Positions 41,885 through 57,040 of a stretch of 64,000 bases of DNA are shown in pieces. Within the stretch, counting starts at the first letter, position 1, and each line of letters opens with the position of its first letter. The notes beneath the pieces are model-generated. The model was not told the origin of the DNA. It searched no databases and saw only the letters and a list, made by a program, of their open reading frames with translations. The stretch comes from Octopus vulgaris (Eukaryota): the NCBI GenBank assembly GCA_951406725.2, contig OX597816.1:152706001-152770000 (forward strand), given 5' to 3'. The translations under genes were made by a program, and so were the position numbers.

Positions 41885-42148
41885 TTTGTAAACCAGTTTC
41901 GGATACTAAAACTTTCGTAGAACATGTATTATATATATTTTTTTATTCGTTTGGTCTAGAGGAAGGGACTGTGCCTATAGGCGTTACTGGTTCTTCGAGA
42001 CAGCTAGATCGACGCGGGAAATACAAGCTGATGCTGACTGGAAAAATATGGGTAGATGAAATTTCAGAGGGGCAACGTTTATAGATAAGAAAGAAATAAC
42101 CGAAGCTGAAACTACGTGATAGACATCCGAATCTACAGTCAACCATTA

Positions 42149-42212
<64 letters not shown>

Positions 42213-43315
42213 GCACGCACACATACACAAGTATATAAACACCCTTATACATGCATGTGTGTGCGTATGTATTATACACATGCACAGACGTATATATACA
42301 CACATGGGTGTGCGTGTATACTTATACACATATATGTATATGGATATTTATATGTATATATTATTTTATTCTCTACTTTTACGTATTTCAGTCATTTGAC
42401 TGTGGCCATGCTGGAGTACCGCTTCAAAACCTGTGTATGTATACGCATACATATACCTACCTACCTCCCTAAATCCTTCCTTCCCTCCCAACCTACCTAC
42501 TTATGTGAGTATGTCTTTACATATATATAGGCATATTGACATACATACATTATATACATATACGTAGAAGCATACAATTTACACTCCTACAGAAAAATCT
42601 AACAATTGCGATAAAAAATAAATATATATAAATACATAAATATTCCCATTGAAAAATGCACCCGTCGTACCTCTGTATCTTAGGTGTATAAAAATAACTG
42701 GAATGAATGAGGTGTGGATCTTTAGTGATATGGAATTGATAAGAGAGCTGAAGCAGAGGTCAGCGGTAGACGTCTACGGGTACCAGTCGCAAAGAATACC
42801 ATAAAGAAATGCCCGTTTGTTTTGAGTTTCGCACTGGAACAATATATTCCGTTTACATAGACTGTTTCACCTTGATGACATCAGCAACGGAAAGCCAATA
42901 TGTAGCCTGCGTGAGTGTATGCGTTTGTGTATGAGAGTTCGCACGCACATCTGTGTGTGTGTACGTGCGTGTGTGTGTATTGGATATGTGAGCGAGCGAG
43001 GTTATATGTGCGCGTGCGTAAGAAAACGTTTGTACGGGTTTATAGGTTTCGATGTAAGCGTATTGTTAGTAATTGTATATTTATGCATAATTTGTATATA
43101 TGTTTAGGAATACAAACACATTCACATTAGCGTATACATATGCGCTTGTATGTGTATGTGTGTATATATATGTGTGTATGTGTGTATGTGTGTGTGTGTG
43201 TGTGTTTACGAAAATATATATAGTCCATATATATCTATATGTATCTATATATATGTGTCTGAGTGTATATTATTTATATGTGTATATGTATGTGTACATG
43301 TATATATGTGTTGTG

Positions 43316-43351
<36 letters not shown>

Positions 43352-43429
43352 GCACACACATATATATATATGTGTGTATATGAGAATCAGTATAACTGTG
43401 TATATATGGACATATCATATATATATATG

Positions 43430-43625
<196 letters not shown>

Positions 43626-43817
43626 TATATGTTTATATGTTTGTATACACACACAGACACAGACACACAAACATATAGGCGCAAATATGGTTGTATGGTT
43701 AAGAAATTCGCTTCACCACCTGTGGATGTCTTCTACTACAGCCCCTGGCTGGCCGACCAACATCTTACGAGTGAAATCAGTAGAGGCAAACTGTGTTGAA
43801 GCCCATCGTGCGTGCGT

Positions 43818-43852
<35 letters not shown>

Positions 43853-44004
43853 TTTGCGTACGCCTTCATAACATTGAGGCTTGACAAAAAGAACCGATGA
43901 AGTAAGTACTAGTTTGGGGATTAATTTCATAGATTAAAGCTTTCAAGGGCATTGCCCGTGAATGGCTGCAGTCCAATGACTGAAACAAATAAATGGGTAG
44001 ATGA

Positions 44005-44076
<72 letters not shown>

Positions 44077-44097
44077 GTGTGTGTATGCATGTGTGTG

Positions 44098-44162
<65 letters not shown>

Positions 44163-45599
44163 GTGTGTGTGTGTGTATGTATATATATATATAGAGAGAG
44201 AGATAAATAGATGGATAAATAGATAGATACTTAGATATATACCATTCATATATATATATATGCACACACACAAACACACACATTCGTATATATACACACG
44301 TACACACACATACACACACATATACATGCATACATACATACATGCATACATACAGAAATACATAGATACGCACACACATACATACACACGTATTATAAGC
44401 GCGCGCGCGTGGAGATAGGGGTTTCTATGAAAATACTATAGAGAAGAATGAGGAGAAACCGGGTCAGGGAGGAGAAAGGGAACAAAAATATACAAACATG
44501 GGAGAACAACAGTAAACAGAACAGTTCTGAAAATCTCCCAAAACAAAACAAAAAAAAAAAAAAACAGAATGGTAGAGAAAGACCCTTTCCATGGCTTATA
44601 TCTCTGTACAGGGGTCTCACAAAAGGTGGATCAATCTATTGACCGCAAATAGCTGGTGATGGTAGTGGTTTGGGATATGAGTGGGGTTTTAGTTGAAGTC
44701 TCCCTAACTGCCAGTTAAGTGCTCGAATCTTTATCCTGGTCACCTTCATATATGTTTGTTGTTACTGTTACTTTTTTTGTTTTTAGTGCATTTCTATGAA
44801 AGAATTAAAATATTAAATATGTGTGTGTATGTGTGTGTGTGTGTTTGTGTGTACAAAAAGCTAACAATACAATAAAAGTAAAAACAAAACAACATACACA
44901 TGATCACTAAAGGAAAACACTAACAACAAAGCAATGACAACAGCAGCGACAACAACAACAATAAAAGCAAACCTAACTGCCAGTTTTTTCACTCCACCCA
45001 TAACGGCGTGTCTAGCCTAATTGAGGTCACCTAGATATGGAGACCTCTTTTGTTACCATCATTATCATCATCCACATCGTTGTCATCTTCATTGCTGTTA
45101 AGGCGTCGAGCTGGCGGAATCGTTAGCACGCCGGGCAATATGCTCAGCGGTGTTTCGTCCGTTTTTACGTTCTGAGTTCAAATTCCGCCGAGGTCGACTT
45201 TGCCCGTCATCCTTTCGGGGTCGATATATTAAGTACCAGTGAAACACTGGTGTCGATGTAATCGACTAGTCTCTTCCCCCAAAATTTCAAGCCTTGTGCC
45301 TTTACTAGAAAGGAATATTGTTGTTGTTATTGTCTCGCTATATTAATCGGGTAGTGCAGATTGTAGTAACTTAACCCTTGTATTCTATAAATCAGTAACA
45401 GGCATGAACAACGACCTGAAACAATATACTACCCGAAATATCCATCATGGCTCCGCTTCATAGGTGGATGAATTGCCGAGTCCAGATAGTTTTTATAGGC
45501 AACTAACAACCGCGAGGCCTGACCGAGATACGTATAGGGCAACAAAATTGTTTTGCATGCACTCATTCATTGTTCGAACTTAGTTGATTTGTAGAGTCA

Positions 45600-46250
45600 T
45601 GCCAACACACGTATCAACCGAGTCCAATATGAGCATCTCTCAACCACTTTCCTTTGTCTAAAAAGGAAGGGCCGTCTTCTCTTCGATGGTTATGTCAAAA
45701 GAGTGTTCATGGTGGACAAGGTCGAAAGTTTAAAGACAGACACTTTCGTTTTCAGTCAAGTCCCTATCAACATCTTTTAAGTTCCACATGAGAAAGAAGG
45801 TGATGATGGAGAGGGTGGTACTACATTTAGTTAACTTGATGAAAGATCTTTGAAAGTGGGGAGAATGGCCTAAGAGAAATGCTTTCAAAATGCGTCTGAG
45901 GCCAGAGAATAGAAGCAGCAAAAGGGCACTTGTCTTTGGTGGTCAGAATAATCTTGGATCATCAGGAATTCCTTATTGATTCTAAGTTACTCTCCTGCAT
46001 TATAGGGGTCTTTTTTGGTTGCTGCTATTTTAACTTTTACCGTTAATTTTCACTATTTCAATGTAGCAAACTCTCCTATTGTGTGCTCATCTTTCTTGTG
46101 CTATGTACACAATATATACTTTGTGTATAAAGTAAATACTTTCAGTCTCACTTTCTTTTTTCTCACACATTCGATTTCTATGTAATCCCACCACCTTTCC
46201 GTAGCCTACCCATGTAATGTCCCCTCACTGCCGTCCTTGAGGCAAATAAA
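45600..46250 (+). mobile_element. Degenerate L1/Tx1-like LINE ORF2 3' end and 3' UTR
   Basis: Frameshifted remnant KECSWWTRSK-LKTDTFVFSQ..FKFHMRKKVMMER resembles Tx1/L1 ORF2 C-termini; followed by a T-rich UTR and AATAAA at ~46244. Confidence 0.5.
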
Positions 46251-47039
46251 ATCACTTATAATTGGAAAAATCGTTAGATCGTCGGTAAAATATTTGTTAC
46301 GAGTCGTTTAGATTATGAGCTGAAGTCCTACCGAGGTCAACTTTGCCTTGTATTCTTTTGAGATCGCTAAAAAAAAAGTATTAGTCAAGTTGTCGGGTCT
46401 ATTTAGTCAACTAAATTCCAATATAATGATAATAATAATAATTGTATTTTATATAGGCGGGGGTCGATAGAATAAGTACGAGTTGAGCACTGGGATCGAT
46501 GTAGCCGACTCGCTACTTCCCTCGAAATTTCTGGCCTGGTACCAAATTTTGAAGTCATTATTATTATTGTTGTTGTTGTCGACAACAGACAACAGAATCC
46601 GTAGAGAATCTGGTTAAATGATTTGCAGCAATAAATTTAGGTCCTTTCACGACCAGAGCATTTAAATTTCACTGAAGTTAATTTCCCTTTCATCCCTCCC
46701 AACCACAACCACAATCACAACCCCGCCGACCAAATCTCAGGGTCGATAAATTAAAGGTATTTGTCAAGGACTGAGCTCGATATAATTGACACTCTAATCT
46801 TCTGCTAATGTGGGTAGTCTTGTTTGGCAGAAATAGTGGTATCGATGGAACATTGGAAAAAATAAATAGATACAAAAAAATTCAATATGGTATGTATTTG
46901 TAGTTTTACGTTCATCAGATCGGAGACGCCATTCGATCTTTTGGCATAGATAACATAATAACTTATATGTCGATGTGAACAGCTACAGCCTTCCCTCGAA
47001 ATGGAGTGGGTAGAAAATTTATGGAGAATGTATTACACA

Positions 47040-47595
47040 CGAAGTCTGATCAAAAAGTATCAGGACTGGTGTTATAAAAAGAAAACTATAACACACCAAT
47101 TGGACATTTAATCTCCTTAGACGTAGTCCCCCTTCTGAAGCCATACACTTTATCCATCGTCATTTCCATTGATGGGAGTATTCTTGGAGCTCCTTCTTCT
47201 TTTTGAGATATCGAGCAGCTATCTCGTCGCACTCTCTTCCATTTCCTCGACGTCTTGAAATCTTGTTCTTTTCGAGTGATGTTTGAATTTTGGAAAGAGG
47301 AAGGAGTCGTAGTCACAGACCAACGATGCGTCACATCCTATTGCCGTTGACAAAATGTCTTCATTCTTCGATACAAAAAAGACGATTCTGCGCAGCTGAA
47401 AATTGATCTTCGTTTTGAGACGACCACACTCTACACACTTTACTTCCAAGCATTGCTATAAACAACGGAAGTGAGCGAGAACGTTATAACATGGAAGGCA
47501 TATATGTTAGAGTTCAACGTCAATCTATGCCAAACGACCTCATTCTACGTATTTTAGATCCGTTACCATAGCAACAGTCCCGATACTTTTTGATC
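47040..47595 (-). mobile_element. Internally deleted, non-autonomous mariner element with both TIRs
   Basis: Left gatcaaaaagtatcaggact and right agtcccgatactttttgatc are inverted. Minus-strand remnants DSFLFPKFKHHSKRTRFQDVEEM and KCMASEGDY match the mariner transposase C-terminus. Confidence 0.8.
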
Positions 47596-48359
47596 GTGAT
47601 AGTGGACGAGTGGTAGGAGCAGCGGTTTAAGAGTAGCGCTTTAGGAGAGGGTTTGGTTAAGTACAGTTTTCAGGTAATAATGTTGCTGGTATTCCTGACG
47701 GAGGTAATGGTGTGTATGGTAATATGTTGGTGGTAATGTTACCAAAATTAACATTTCCACTTCCCACATCACTAGAACTAACACTACCACACCTATAAGT
47801 GGTGGTAAAGGCAGCGAACTAGCAGAAACATTAGCACGCCAGACAAAACGCTTAGCGGCATTTTATCTGATTTACGTTTTGAGTTCAAATTCTGCCACGG
47901 TCGACTTTGCCTTTCATCCTTTCGAGGTTGATAAAATACGTACTAGTTAAGCATTGGGATCAATGTAATCGACTTGCACCCTTCTCGAAACTACTGGTCT
48001 TGTGCCAAAATTTGAAACTAATGCTATAGCGGTAAAGTTAGTAGGAATGTTGATAGAGATTATGTCGATGGTGAAAATTAGCGGTGGTAAAGTAGGAGAC
48101 GGTAATGTTGGCAGTGGTGGTAAGAGGAGGTTAAAAAGTGGTTAGTAAGAATATTCTGAAAGCTGAATCTTTTGTCTTTCTTCATTTTATATATTTATAT
48201 TATTTTATTATTTATATATATATTTTTCGCTATTTCAATCGAATGTTTACCAATTTAATGGATTTGTATTGGGTGTTTATAGCTTTCATATAAGACTTTT
48301 CATAGCATCACACCTTCACACCCTCGCTTACTCATTTTTCTGTTTCCACTTCTTCCTTC

Positions 48360-48418
<59 letters not shown>

Positions 48419-48556
48419 TTTTCTATCCACACATACAGAGGTACTTAAAAAATGCACTCATACATACATTCGCACACACGTAATAACATCTTCCAAATCA
48501 GGACTGCCACTTTATGTTGGCAGATAGATTTTACTCTCTCTCTCTTTCTCTCTCCC

Positions 48557-48641
<85 letters not shown>

Positions 48642-48732
48642 CTCCTTTTTCGAGATCAGCGACGGTTTATCGCTGGAAAAAGCATATAGTATTTTGCGAG
48701 TGGAGTGAGTTTACATCACTAGCTGGTGATTA

Positions 48733-48779
48733 ACACACGCTGAGGACGGGTAACCACCAAAAGACTCGAGTCCGTGTGT
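48733..48779 (+). ncRNA. Degenerate minimal hammerhead
   Basis: ACACACG-CUGAGGA-CG-GGU(AACC)ACC-AAAAG-AC-UCGA-GU-C-CGUGUGU: 7-bp stem I, canonical CUGANGA, palindromic stem III and GUC site; the GAAA box is damaged. Confidence 0.55.
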
Positions 48780-48963
48780 ATCACGTAAGATGGGAGCGAT
48801 GACTAATACTAATTGGACACAGAATGTGTCGTCAACCAGCTGGAAGAGATGTCTTCATGGCTATAAATGTCAGCAGGGCTATAAATGTCAGCAGCACTGT
48901 CCTGTGTAGGACGCCACACTTGGTTGGCAATTATATCAATCAATCTATCTATCTATCTATCTT

Positions 48964-49052
<89 letters not shown>

Positions 49053-49075
49053 ATATCTATCTATCTATCTATCTA

Positions 49076-49148
<73 letters not shown>

Positions 49149-49151
49149 ATC

Positions 49152-49219
<68 letters not shown>

Positions 49220-49355
49220 ATATTTGAGTAGTTGAATGAATTATCTTGTTATGGATAATTCGGTTAACCGATACCCGGGTAGCAAATTCACATCAGAGAA
49301 GACACGTTTGAAGTTACGTGCTTTTGTGTGGAAATTTGTATGTTTTTTTTCAAAA

Positions 49356-49465
49356 ATATAAATATATGAAAATATATGAAAGAATGGAGTTGAACGACGA
49401 ATTAAAAGAATTTTGTTAATTCGTCGTTCAACTCCATTCTTTCATATATTTTCATATATTTATAT
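49356..49465. repeat. Perfect 50-bp palindrome arms with a 10-nt loop
   Basis: 49356-49405 is the exact reverse complement of 49416-49465. Confidence 0.95.
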
Positions 49466-49497
49466 ATATATATATATATATCTATATCATAATATAT

Positions 49498-49743
49498 CAT
49501 AAAGAAGAAAATGGGAGTTTGAACAGAGTATATCAATTTATTTACATTTTGTCAATTAGATAAGCCTATATCATCAATCTGTTGATGAACACTTAGTCTA
49601 TTAGGATGTAAAAACTTTTTGTCAATTTTCATAATGCAATTTTGATTGTAATTTGAATGAAGATACATATGGAAACAATTGTAGGCTTATATAATTAATT
49701 GATAAAATGTACTCTGTTCAAACTTTTCGTTCTTTTCTTTACG
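49498..49743. repeat. Diverged inverted repeat element
   Basis: agtttgaacagagta / tactctgttcaaact and tacattttgtcaatta..ataagccta / taggcttat..aattgataaaatgta. Confidence 0.7.
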
Positions 49744-49970
49744 ATGAATTACTATAAGTATACCCAAATATATCGATGAGAAATAAACATCTATACGAAA
49801 TACCGGAACTCCAAAATGTGTATAATATTAGTGCCTAATAAATAATAAACACTAATACTTCCACGAAAAGCAAGACTCCTGAAAGTTCATCGATATATAA
49901 TAGGATTAAACTGGAGGGCAATTGGATGTAAACATCCTTTTAAAGAGGAATCTATCTCCTCACAAAAATC

Positions 49971-50004
<34 letters not shown>

Positions 50005-50095
50005 GTAAGTAATTAAGGGTTTAGCAACGATTTGCCTCACCACACACCGAATTTAGAAATAGCAGTCAAAGAGTTATAGCTATTCTTATATATAT

Positions 50096-50143
<48 letters not shown>

Positions 50144-50144
50144 T

Positions 50145-50610
<466 letters not shown>

Positions 50611-52039
50611 GTATATACATACATACATACATACATACATACATACATACATACATACATACATCTCTGTATACACACACACATATATATAAATGAATAG
50701 AAATGGCTTTTCTGATAATTTTTCCACTTTAATAATTAGATGAACATCTATATATATACGGGTTACAGTGGTAAGATTGGGAGTTCGATTCCTGGCGGCG
50801 CGTTGTACCTTGGGCAAGACACTTTTTTTTCACATTCCTCCAGTCAACTCAGCTGGGAAAATAAGCTGTGCTAGTAATTCAAAAGGGCCAGTGTTGTCAC
50901 ATTCGGCATTACGTCGAATCTCTCTGAGAAATGCGTTAGCGGAACAACAATGGTGCTGTCGTTGTTCTTGATATGATTTAACTCCAGGGCAATTCTTAAT
51001 GAACAGATTATAGGTGAAAGTCATTCCAGTGATGGCCATCCTGTCTTTTTAACGTGTTCTCTTAATTTAAAGCAGTAGTGTGTGATTTGAGTGAGATTTA
51101 GTTGCTATTTGTAGCAAGTCAAGCAATCACGTATAAGCAGCTTTGATAGATCAAATCTGTTTCTATATGTCAGTTATAGTTGTTGTTAAGCTGAAGGTCA
51201 ATTCCAGCTACGCAAAATGCATGATCAAAGAACGGTCACCCCATGACATCATATTTTTTCAGGTTATAACGCATACGCTTGAGAAGGTGCATGGCATAAT
51301 GGTTAGGGCTTAGAACCCACGCTCGTATGATCTTGGATTTGAACCAGGGGATGCGTTGGTCTAATCTACTCAGGTAAAATGAGCATCAGAAAAAATGCAG
51401 GTGCAGCTTTACCTGCCTCCACCCTCCAGTTGTCTCACGTTTCTCAATATTTCTTCTAGGTTAAGCGTTGGAGGGCTAAGAGAGTGTCTACTTGCGACTA
51501 TATAGGCGTCAGTGTATACTCTAGAAATTTATCCTGTGTGTCCTTTTTAAAAACGGTTGGCTGAGGATTGACGAAAATTTGGCTGCTATATCTAGCATTT
51601 CGTCTAATAATATGTTGATTATTGGCTGAGTAGTCAATGTTTTAGATTATCCCAATCTAACAAAGTGGCCGGTTTCGACTCTATCCTTTCCATCAGTACG
51701 TGCTTAGGGTGTCAAGGGAAGGAGGCACCACAGAAATGGTAAATGGTTTACGACACAAAAGAAATCACTTTAAAAACTTTCTAAAATAATATTCGAAGTG
51801 GTTTATATGATCAGAAATACAATTTTGAAGTGTTCATGGTGTCATAGTGAGATTCTGATCAAGGACTTAGCAATGAAAATAAGTAGGAGAAAACTTTTAA
51901 AATATAAAGGGGAAGTATACAAAACTAAACATTTTCCATCTTACTGTTAGTTTTGTTTCATTTTGAAAAATGAAAAAAAAATTGTTTTATAGTTTATCAT
52001 TGTTTGTATTGTGAATTACGAATATATGGGGACATCAAA

Positions 52040-52078
52040 CTTTTTTAAGGGCCTCTATGGGTCTTAATCCGGCCTTGC
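52040..52078 (-). mobile_element. Possible hAT-like transposon terminus
   Basis: Minus strand caaggccggattaagaccc resembles CAGGGCCGGATTAAG-type hAT TIRs; the partner end was not found. Confidence 0.3.
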
Positions 52079-52217
52079 TTCCATGCCCCCCCCCCATCGT
52101 ACGGGCCATTCTTGCTAAATTCGTCGATTTTTCTCCTACAGAGATCTGTCCCAAACGACAGAAATACAAGACAGTGTGTCAAGCTCCCAAGAAAACTATG
52201 GTCTCTGACCCAACCAA

Positions 52218-52287
<70 letters not shown>

Positions 52288-52358
52288 TGACAATCCAACA
52301 TCTTAGATTTGGATTGTTATAGAGATAAGGTGTAGAGAAACAAGGCATAGATTGGAAA

Positions 52359-52393
<35 letters not shown>

Positions 52394-53199
52394 TAAGAGG
52401 GAGAGAGATTAGTCGGGTAGTTGGTAAACCTTTGGGTATGAGTTTAGGTATTGTAGTTAGTTAACAACCCTCCACACACACACACATTCACATATACTCG
52501 TAGACACACTACATACATGCGCTCACTTAATTTCATTTGCGCTCCTCTATAAATCCGAGGCTTTTGTTCCAAAGTAAGAAATCGATATTTAATCTCTATT
52601 AGTGGACACTCTATCAAGACTAGAGAGATTATATGATAAAACACCTCTGTGTTGTTGTTGCTGTAGCTATTATTGTTAGTACTGTTATTGCACTCATCGA
52701 AGCTAATGTTGATGTTGTTGTTGTTGTTCTGCTTTGTTGTTGGTGTCGTCATCACCATACTTGTCATCATCGTACTCATTAATGCTATTGTTGATTTGAT
52801 GATGATGATGATGATGATGGCTTTGTGCGATTGAGATCATGCTAATGATGTTTGTGTTGATAAATATTTCAGTTACTACTGGGCACATTCTTAACAAATA
52901 TGAAAAAAAAAATACATATATATATATAAAGAAAATAATAAATAAATGAAAAGCTGATCTTCCGTCGGTTTCGACGATAAGTTATTCTAGTTGCTCGATA
53001 ATCCCCCAAAACTACTTACTCATTGATTTATAGTGTAAGATGAACATATCGTCAACCAATAAATAGACAATTGAATAGAATAATGCCACGTTAGCTGAAA
53101 TAAAATAAGGTTCAAGGTACTACGTTAGCTGAAATTCACTATATGATGAGAGTAGTTAAACTATGCAAACAATTCTAAAAACTTGGCACTTGCCTCTGA

Positions 53200-53530
53200 T
53201 ACTTTCGAACATTCTAGATCACATCCTAGGGAATCCCATCGGAGAAATTGGCAAACCTTTACTAAATAATGCATTACAACCGCGAGCACTCTGGCATACT
53301 CTATGCTCCCTCTTCTACCATTATTTTCATTATTTCGTCTACAATTCATTTTACTATTGCTATTTTTACTCTAACATTAGTTTGTATCCTTGCTCCATTG
53401 AACTAACAAAATGCTGCTACACGACTCTCATTACCTGCACGTCTCCTATCCTTACAAAACCTCATGTTAAACGTTCTACTTATCGGTTTTACACAGACTA
53501 GCAAGCCGCTGGAACAAACTCTTTGATGGC
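53200..53530 (+). mobile_element. Degenerate Jockey/CR1-L2-group LINE ORF2 C-terminal remnant
   Basis: IGKPLLNNALQPRALWHTLCSLFYHYF..CSIELT..WNKL resembles the LQPLxHRRxxxSLxLFYRYF..CSxEL..LWNxL tail of such LINEs. Confidence 0.5.
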
Positions 53531-53910
53531 AGACTAAAAAGAGAACCCTTTAAGAGATCGCCCTATCAGCTAGCAATAGAACTTCAGGATATACTTCTAC
53601 TATTAACTGCTTCTTCACGCAGAATCGATATGACGCTGTGTGTAACAAAGTTCATCTGTTTCATTCCCGAGGTTTAGGTCGACTCGGAGCTATAGTAAAA
53701 GACAAGTGTCTAAGATGCCTCACAGTTGGTTCAAACTAGGAATTTCATTATTGCGAAGCAAAGATGTTAACCGATCAATTGTTATGTTATCTTCCCCGCT
53801 TTCATTAAGCTTAATTCAATTTAATTCAATTCAATTCAATTCAATTTAAATGGCAATATATGTGTAAGCATGTATGAATATTCGTTTTTATAGCGTGTAT
53901 ATAGCGCGTG

Positions 53911-53965
<55 letters not shown>

Positions 53966-54728
53966 TTATTTAGACAGATAGATGCATATAGCTATATAGG
54001 TACGTGTGTATGAGTATGTTCTCTTTCTCTCTCTCTTTCTCCACACACACAAGCGTATTTTTTAGTTATTTGAATTTTTGCTAGTGAGTTCAATGGAGCA
54101 ATGATATTTAAAGTAATGATAGGAAAAACATAACAATGACAGAAGTAACAGCAGAAGTTATGTTTAGAGAAATGCCTCAAGGAGAATCAATAGTATGCTT
54201 GTGGCTGTAGTTAATGAGTAAAGGTTTACCAGTCAATCCGATGGAATTTTTGTCTGTAGACAAGCATATTCGTATGTAATAGAGACACGTGATAAGCTTT
54301 TTAAGTGGTATGCATGGCTTTACTACCTTGTTTAAAAACTTAATTACAGAAAACGTAGCACCTTCAGCAAGTGTTTTAGTCCATTTTCTTCAATTATATT
54401 TATCTGCTACTTGCTAATATGTTCAGTTATTTGTGTATGTATATATGAGGTGGTATATATGTCAACCAAAGTTGCTACTCCTACAATTGAAAATTCTTCC
54501 TGGTTATGACGTCTGTTGCTGGCATGCATTTCAGTTGAGTTGATGGGACCAACGTGAAATGAAGTGCCTTGCCCAAAGGACACAACGCTTACCCTGGGTC
54601 GATGTCGAACGTATGATTGTATGATAGTGAGATCGTCAGTCTAACCACCAGGCGATATACCTCCACTAATGTGTGTCTATGTGATTGTATATATTTGTTC
54701 ATTTATACAACCTTGACATTCTACACAC

Positions 54729-54786
<58 letters not shown>

Positions 54787-56337
54787 TCGCACACACATAC
54801 CCATACAAACACACATGAATCAGATAGTACCACGTGACTTGTGTACGGAACATCATAATCTGTTAATCGGAACAGTTTACATAGTAGATTATTTGGGATG
54901 AATGACAGGTTTCATGTCACTAAGTGACACAATTAGGGACACAATTGGCCTTTATATAAGCTTTCAATCTACCTATCTCAGCCTCCTCCGCCTCCTCTTC
55001 ACCACCACCATCACCACCATCATCAACATCATCATTGTCGTTATTACTATCTACATCCATGCCATCAAATTTCGTTTTCACTGCCTCTATCACTCGCTGT
55101 TATTTATTGTCAATAAACAAGTATATACCCAATCAACAGTGACCTATTATTTTACTCACGTTTTTATTTAAGGACTACAATATTTCTCACATTTTCATGG
55201 GTCTGATGATCAAACGATCTCAAACTTGACCTAGTTAAGTTTCATTCTGCTTCATTGTAATATTAACCACAGATAATTTATTACTCTTTTACTCTTTTAA
55301 TTGTTTCAGTCATTTGACTGCGACCACGCTGGGACAACGCCTTTTAGTCGAACGAATCGATTCCGGGAACCATTCTTTGTAAGCTTAGTATCTATTCTAT
55401 CAGTCTGTTTTACTGAACCGCTTAGTTACGGGGACGTAAACACACCATCATCGTTTGTTAAGCGATGGTGAGAGGACAAACACAGACACGTAAACATATA
55501 TATATATATATATATACGACAGGCTTCTTTCAGTTTCCGGCTTTGGTCGGCCCGAGGCTATAATAGAAGACACTTGCCCAAGGTGCCACTCAGTGGGACT
55601 GAACCCGGAACCGCGTGGTTGGGAAGTAAGCTTCTTATCACACAGCCACGTATGTATGTCTATGTATGTCTATTTGTCAACCTATTTATAATATTTACAT
55701 TGTTTATCAAGAGAAAGAGCAAGGGAGCACGGTGAGATGTTTTCTTTTTCATATAAAGTACTAAAGTACTCAAAATGCAGTCGTAGAACCAAATTTCTGT
55801 GAACTAAAGTATCGCCGGCATATTATCAATTGAATCGGTAAGTATATACAAGGTATTAAATAGTCTTTGTGAAATTCTATATTATGTATTTAAAGTTTTC
55901 ATAACTTTTCATCTGTATAAGTTAAAATTCAGCTGAAAGAAATAGTCACAATCCTCATACATTATTTTTGTCAACGATTACAGATATGTTTTTTTGGTTT
56001 ATTAACTTAAAAGAAGTTTGATTACTCCAAATTCAGCTTCGGGATATGTACAGAATATCGTTTATCCCTAGATGATTTGTGAGTTGTCAAAAGACAGGGG
56101 TAAAAATATCAGCTACTAAATTAAATGAAGAAATATAGAAGTGTATCGTGGTTTATATATGAAATGACGGGTGAGGTACTAACAATTTACAGACGTAAAA
56201 ATAAACTTTCACAATTTAATGGTTTCTTTATATTTATGCATGTTGCGTGTTATATCATTTAAACTTGCTCAAAGGCATTATAATGATCCTGTGTATATAT
56301 AAGCATTACGTTTCTTACAGCCAGTAGATAGATAGTA

Positions 56338-56381
<44 letters not shown>

Positions 56382-56477
56382 GGAGAAATATATCAGAGAA
56401 TGATAAAGAGAGAGAGAGAGAGAGAGAGGGCAAGAGAGAGAGAGAAATAGATAGATAGATAGATAGTTTGAAGGAGA

Positions 56478-56519
<42 letters not shown>

Positions 56520-56961
56520 GAGAAATATAGAAAAAGAGAAAGATAAAGAGAGAGAGGGCAGGAGAGAGAGAGAAATTGATAGACAGCTAGACAGACAGAC
56601 AGACGGATAGATAGGTAGATAGATAAATAGATAGATAGATAGAGAGAGAGAGAGAGACAGACAGGCAGACATGCAGACTAGGCAGGCAGACATATAGATA
56701 GACACAGAGAGAGTGTGAGAACATACATAATACATATATACATACATACATACTCTACCTGTCAATAGACAAATAGAGAGAGAGAGAGAGAGAGTGAGAG
56801 AGAGGGGGGTAGAGAGATAATGAGAAAGAAAGATAGAGAGAAAATGAAAGAGAGAGAAGGGGGAAATATAGAAGAAGAGGAAGATAGAGAGAGATGGGGA
56901 AAGAGAGAGAGGAGAGAAAGAAATAGATAGATAAACAGAGAGCTATACATATAGATTGATT

Positions 56962-57040
<79 letters not shown>

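Noticed and set aside
49655-49690. Additional hammerhead (AUGAAGA..GGAAAC-AAUU-GUA)
   Set aside because: Stems I and II cannot be formed convincingly; too degenerate to call.
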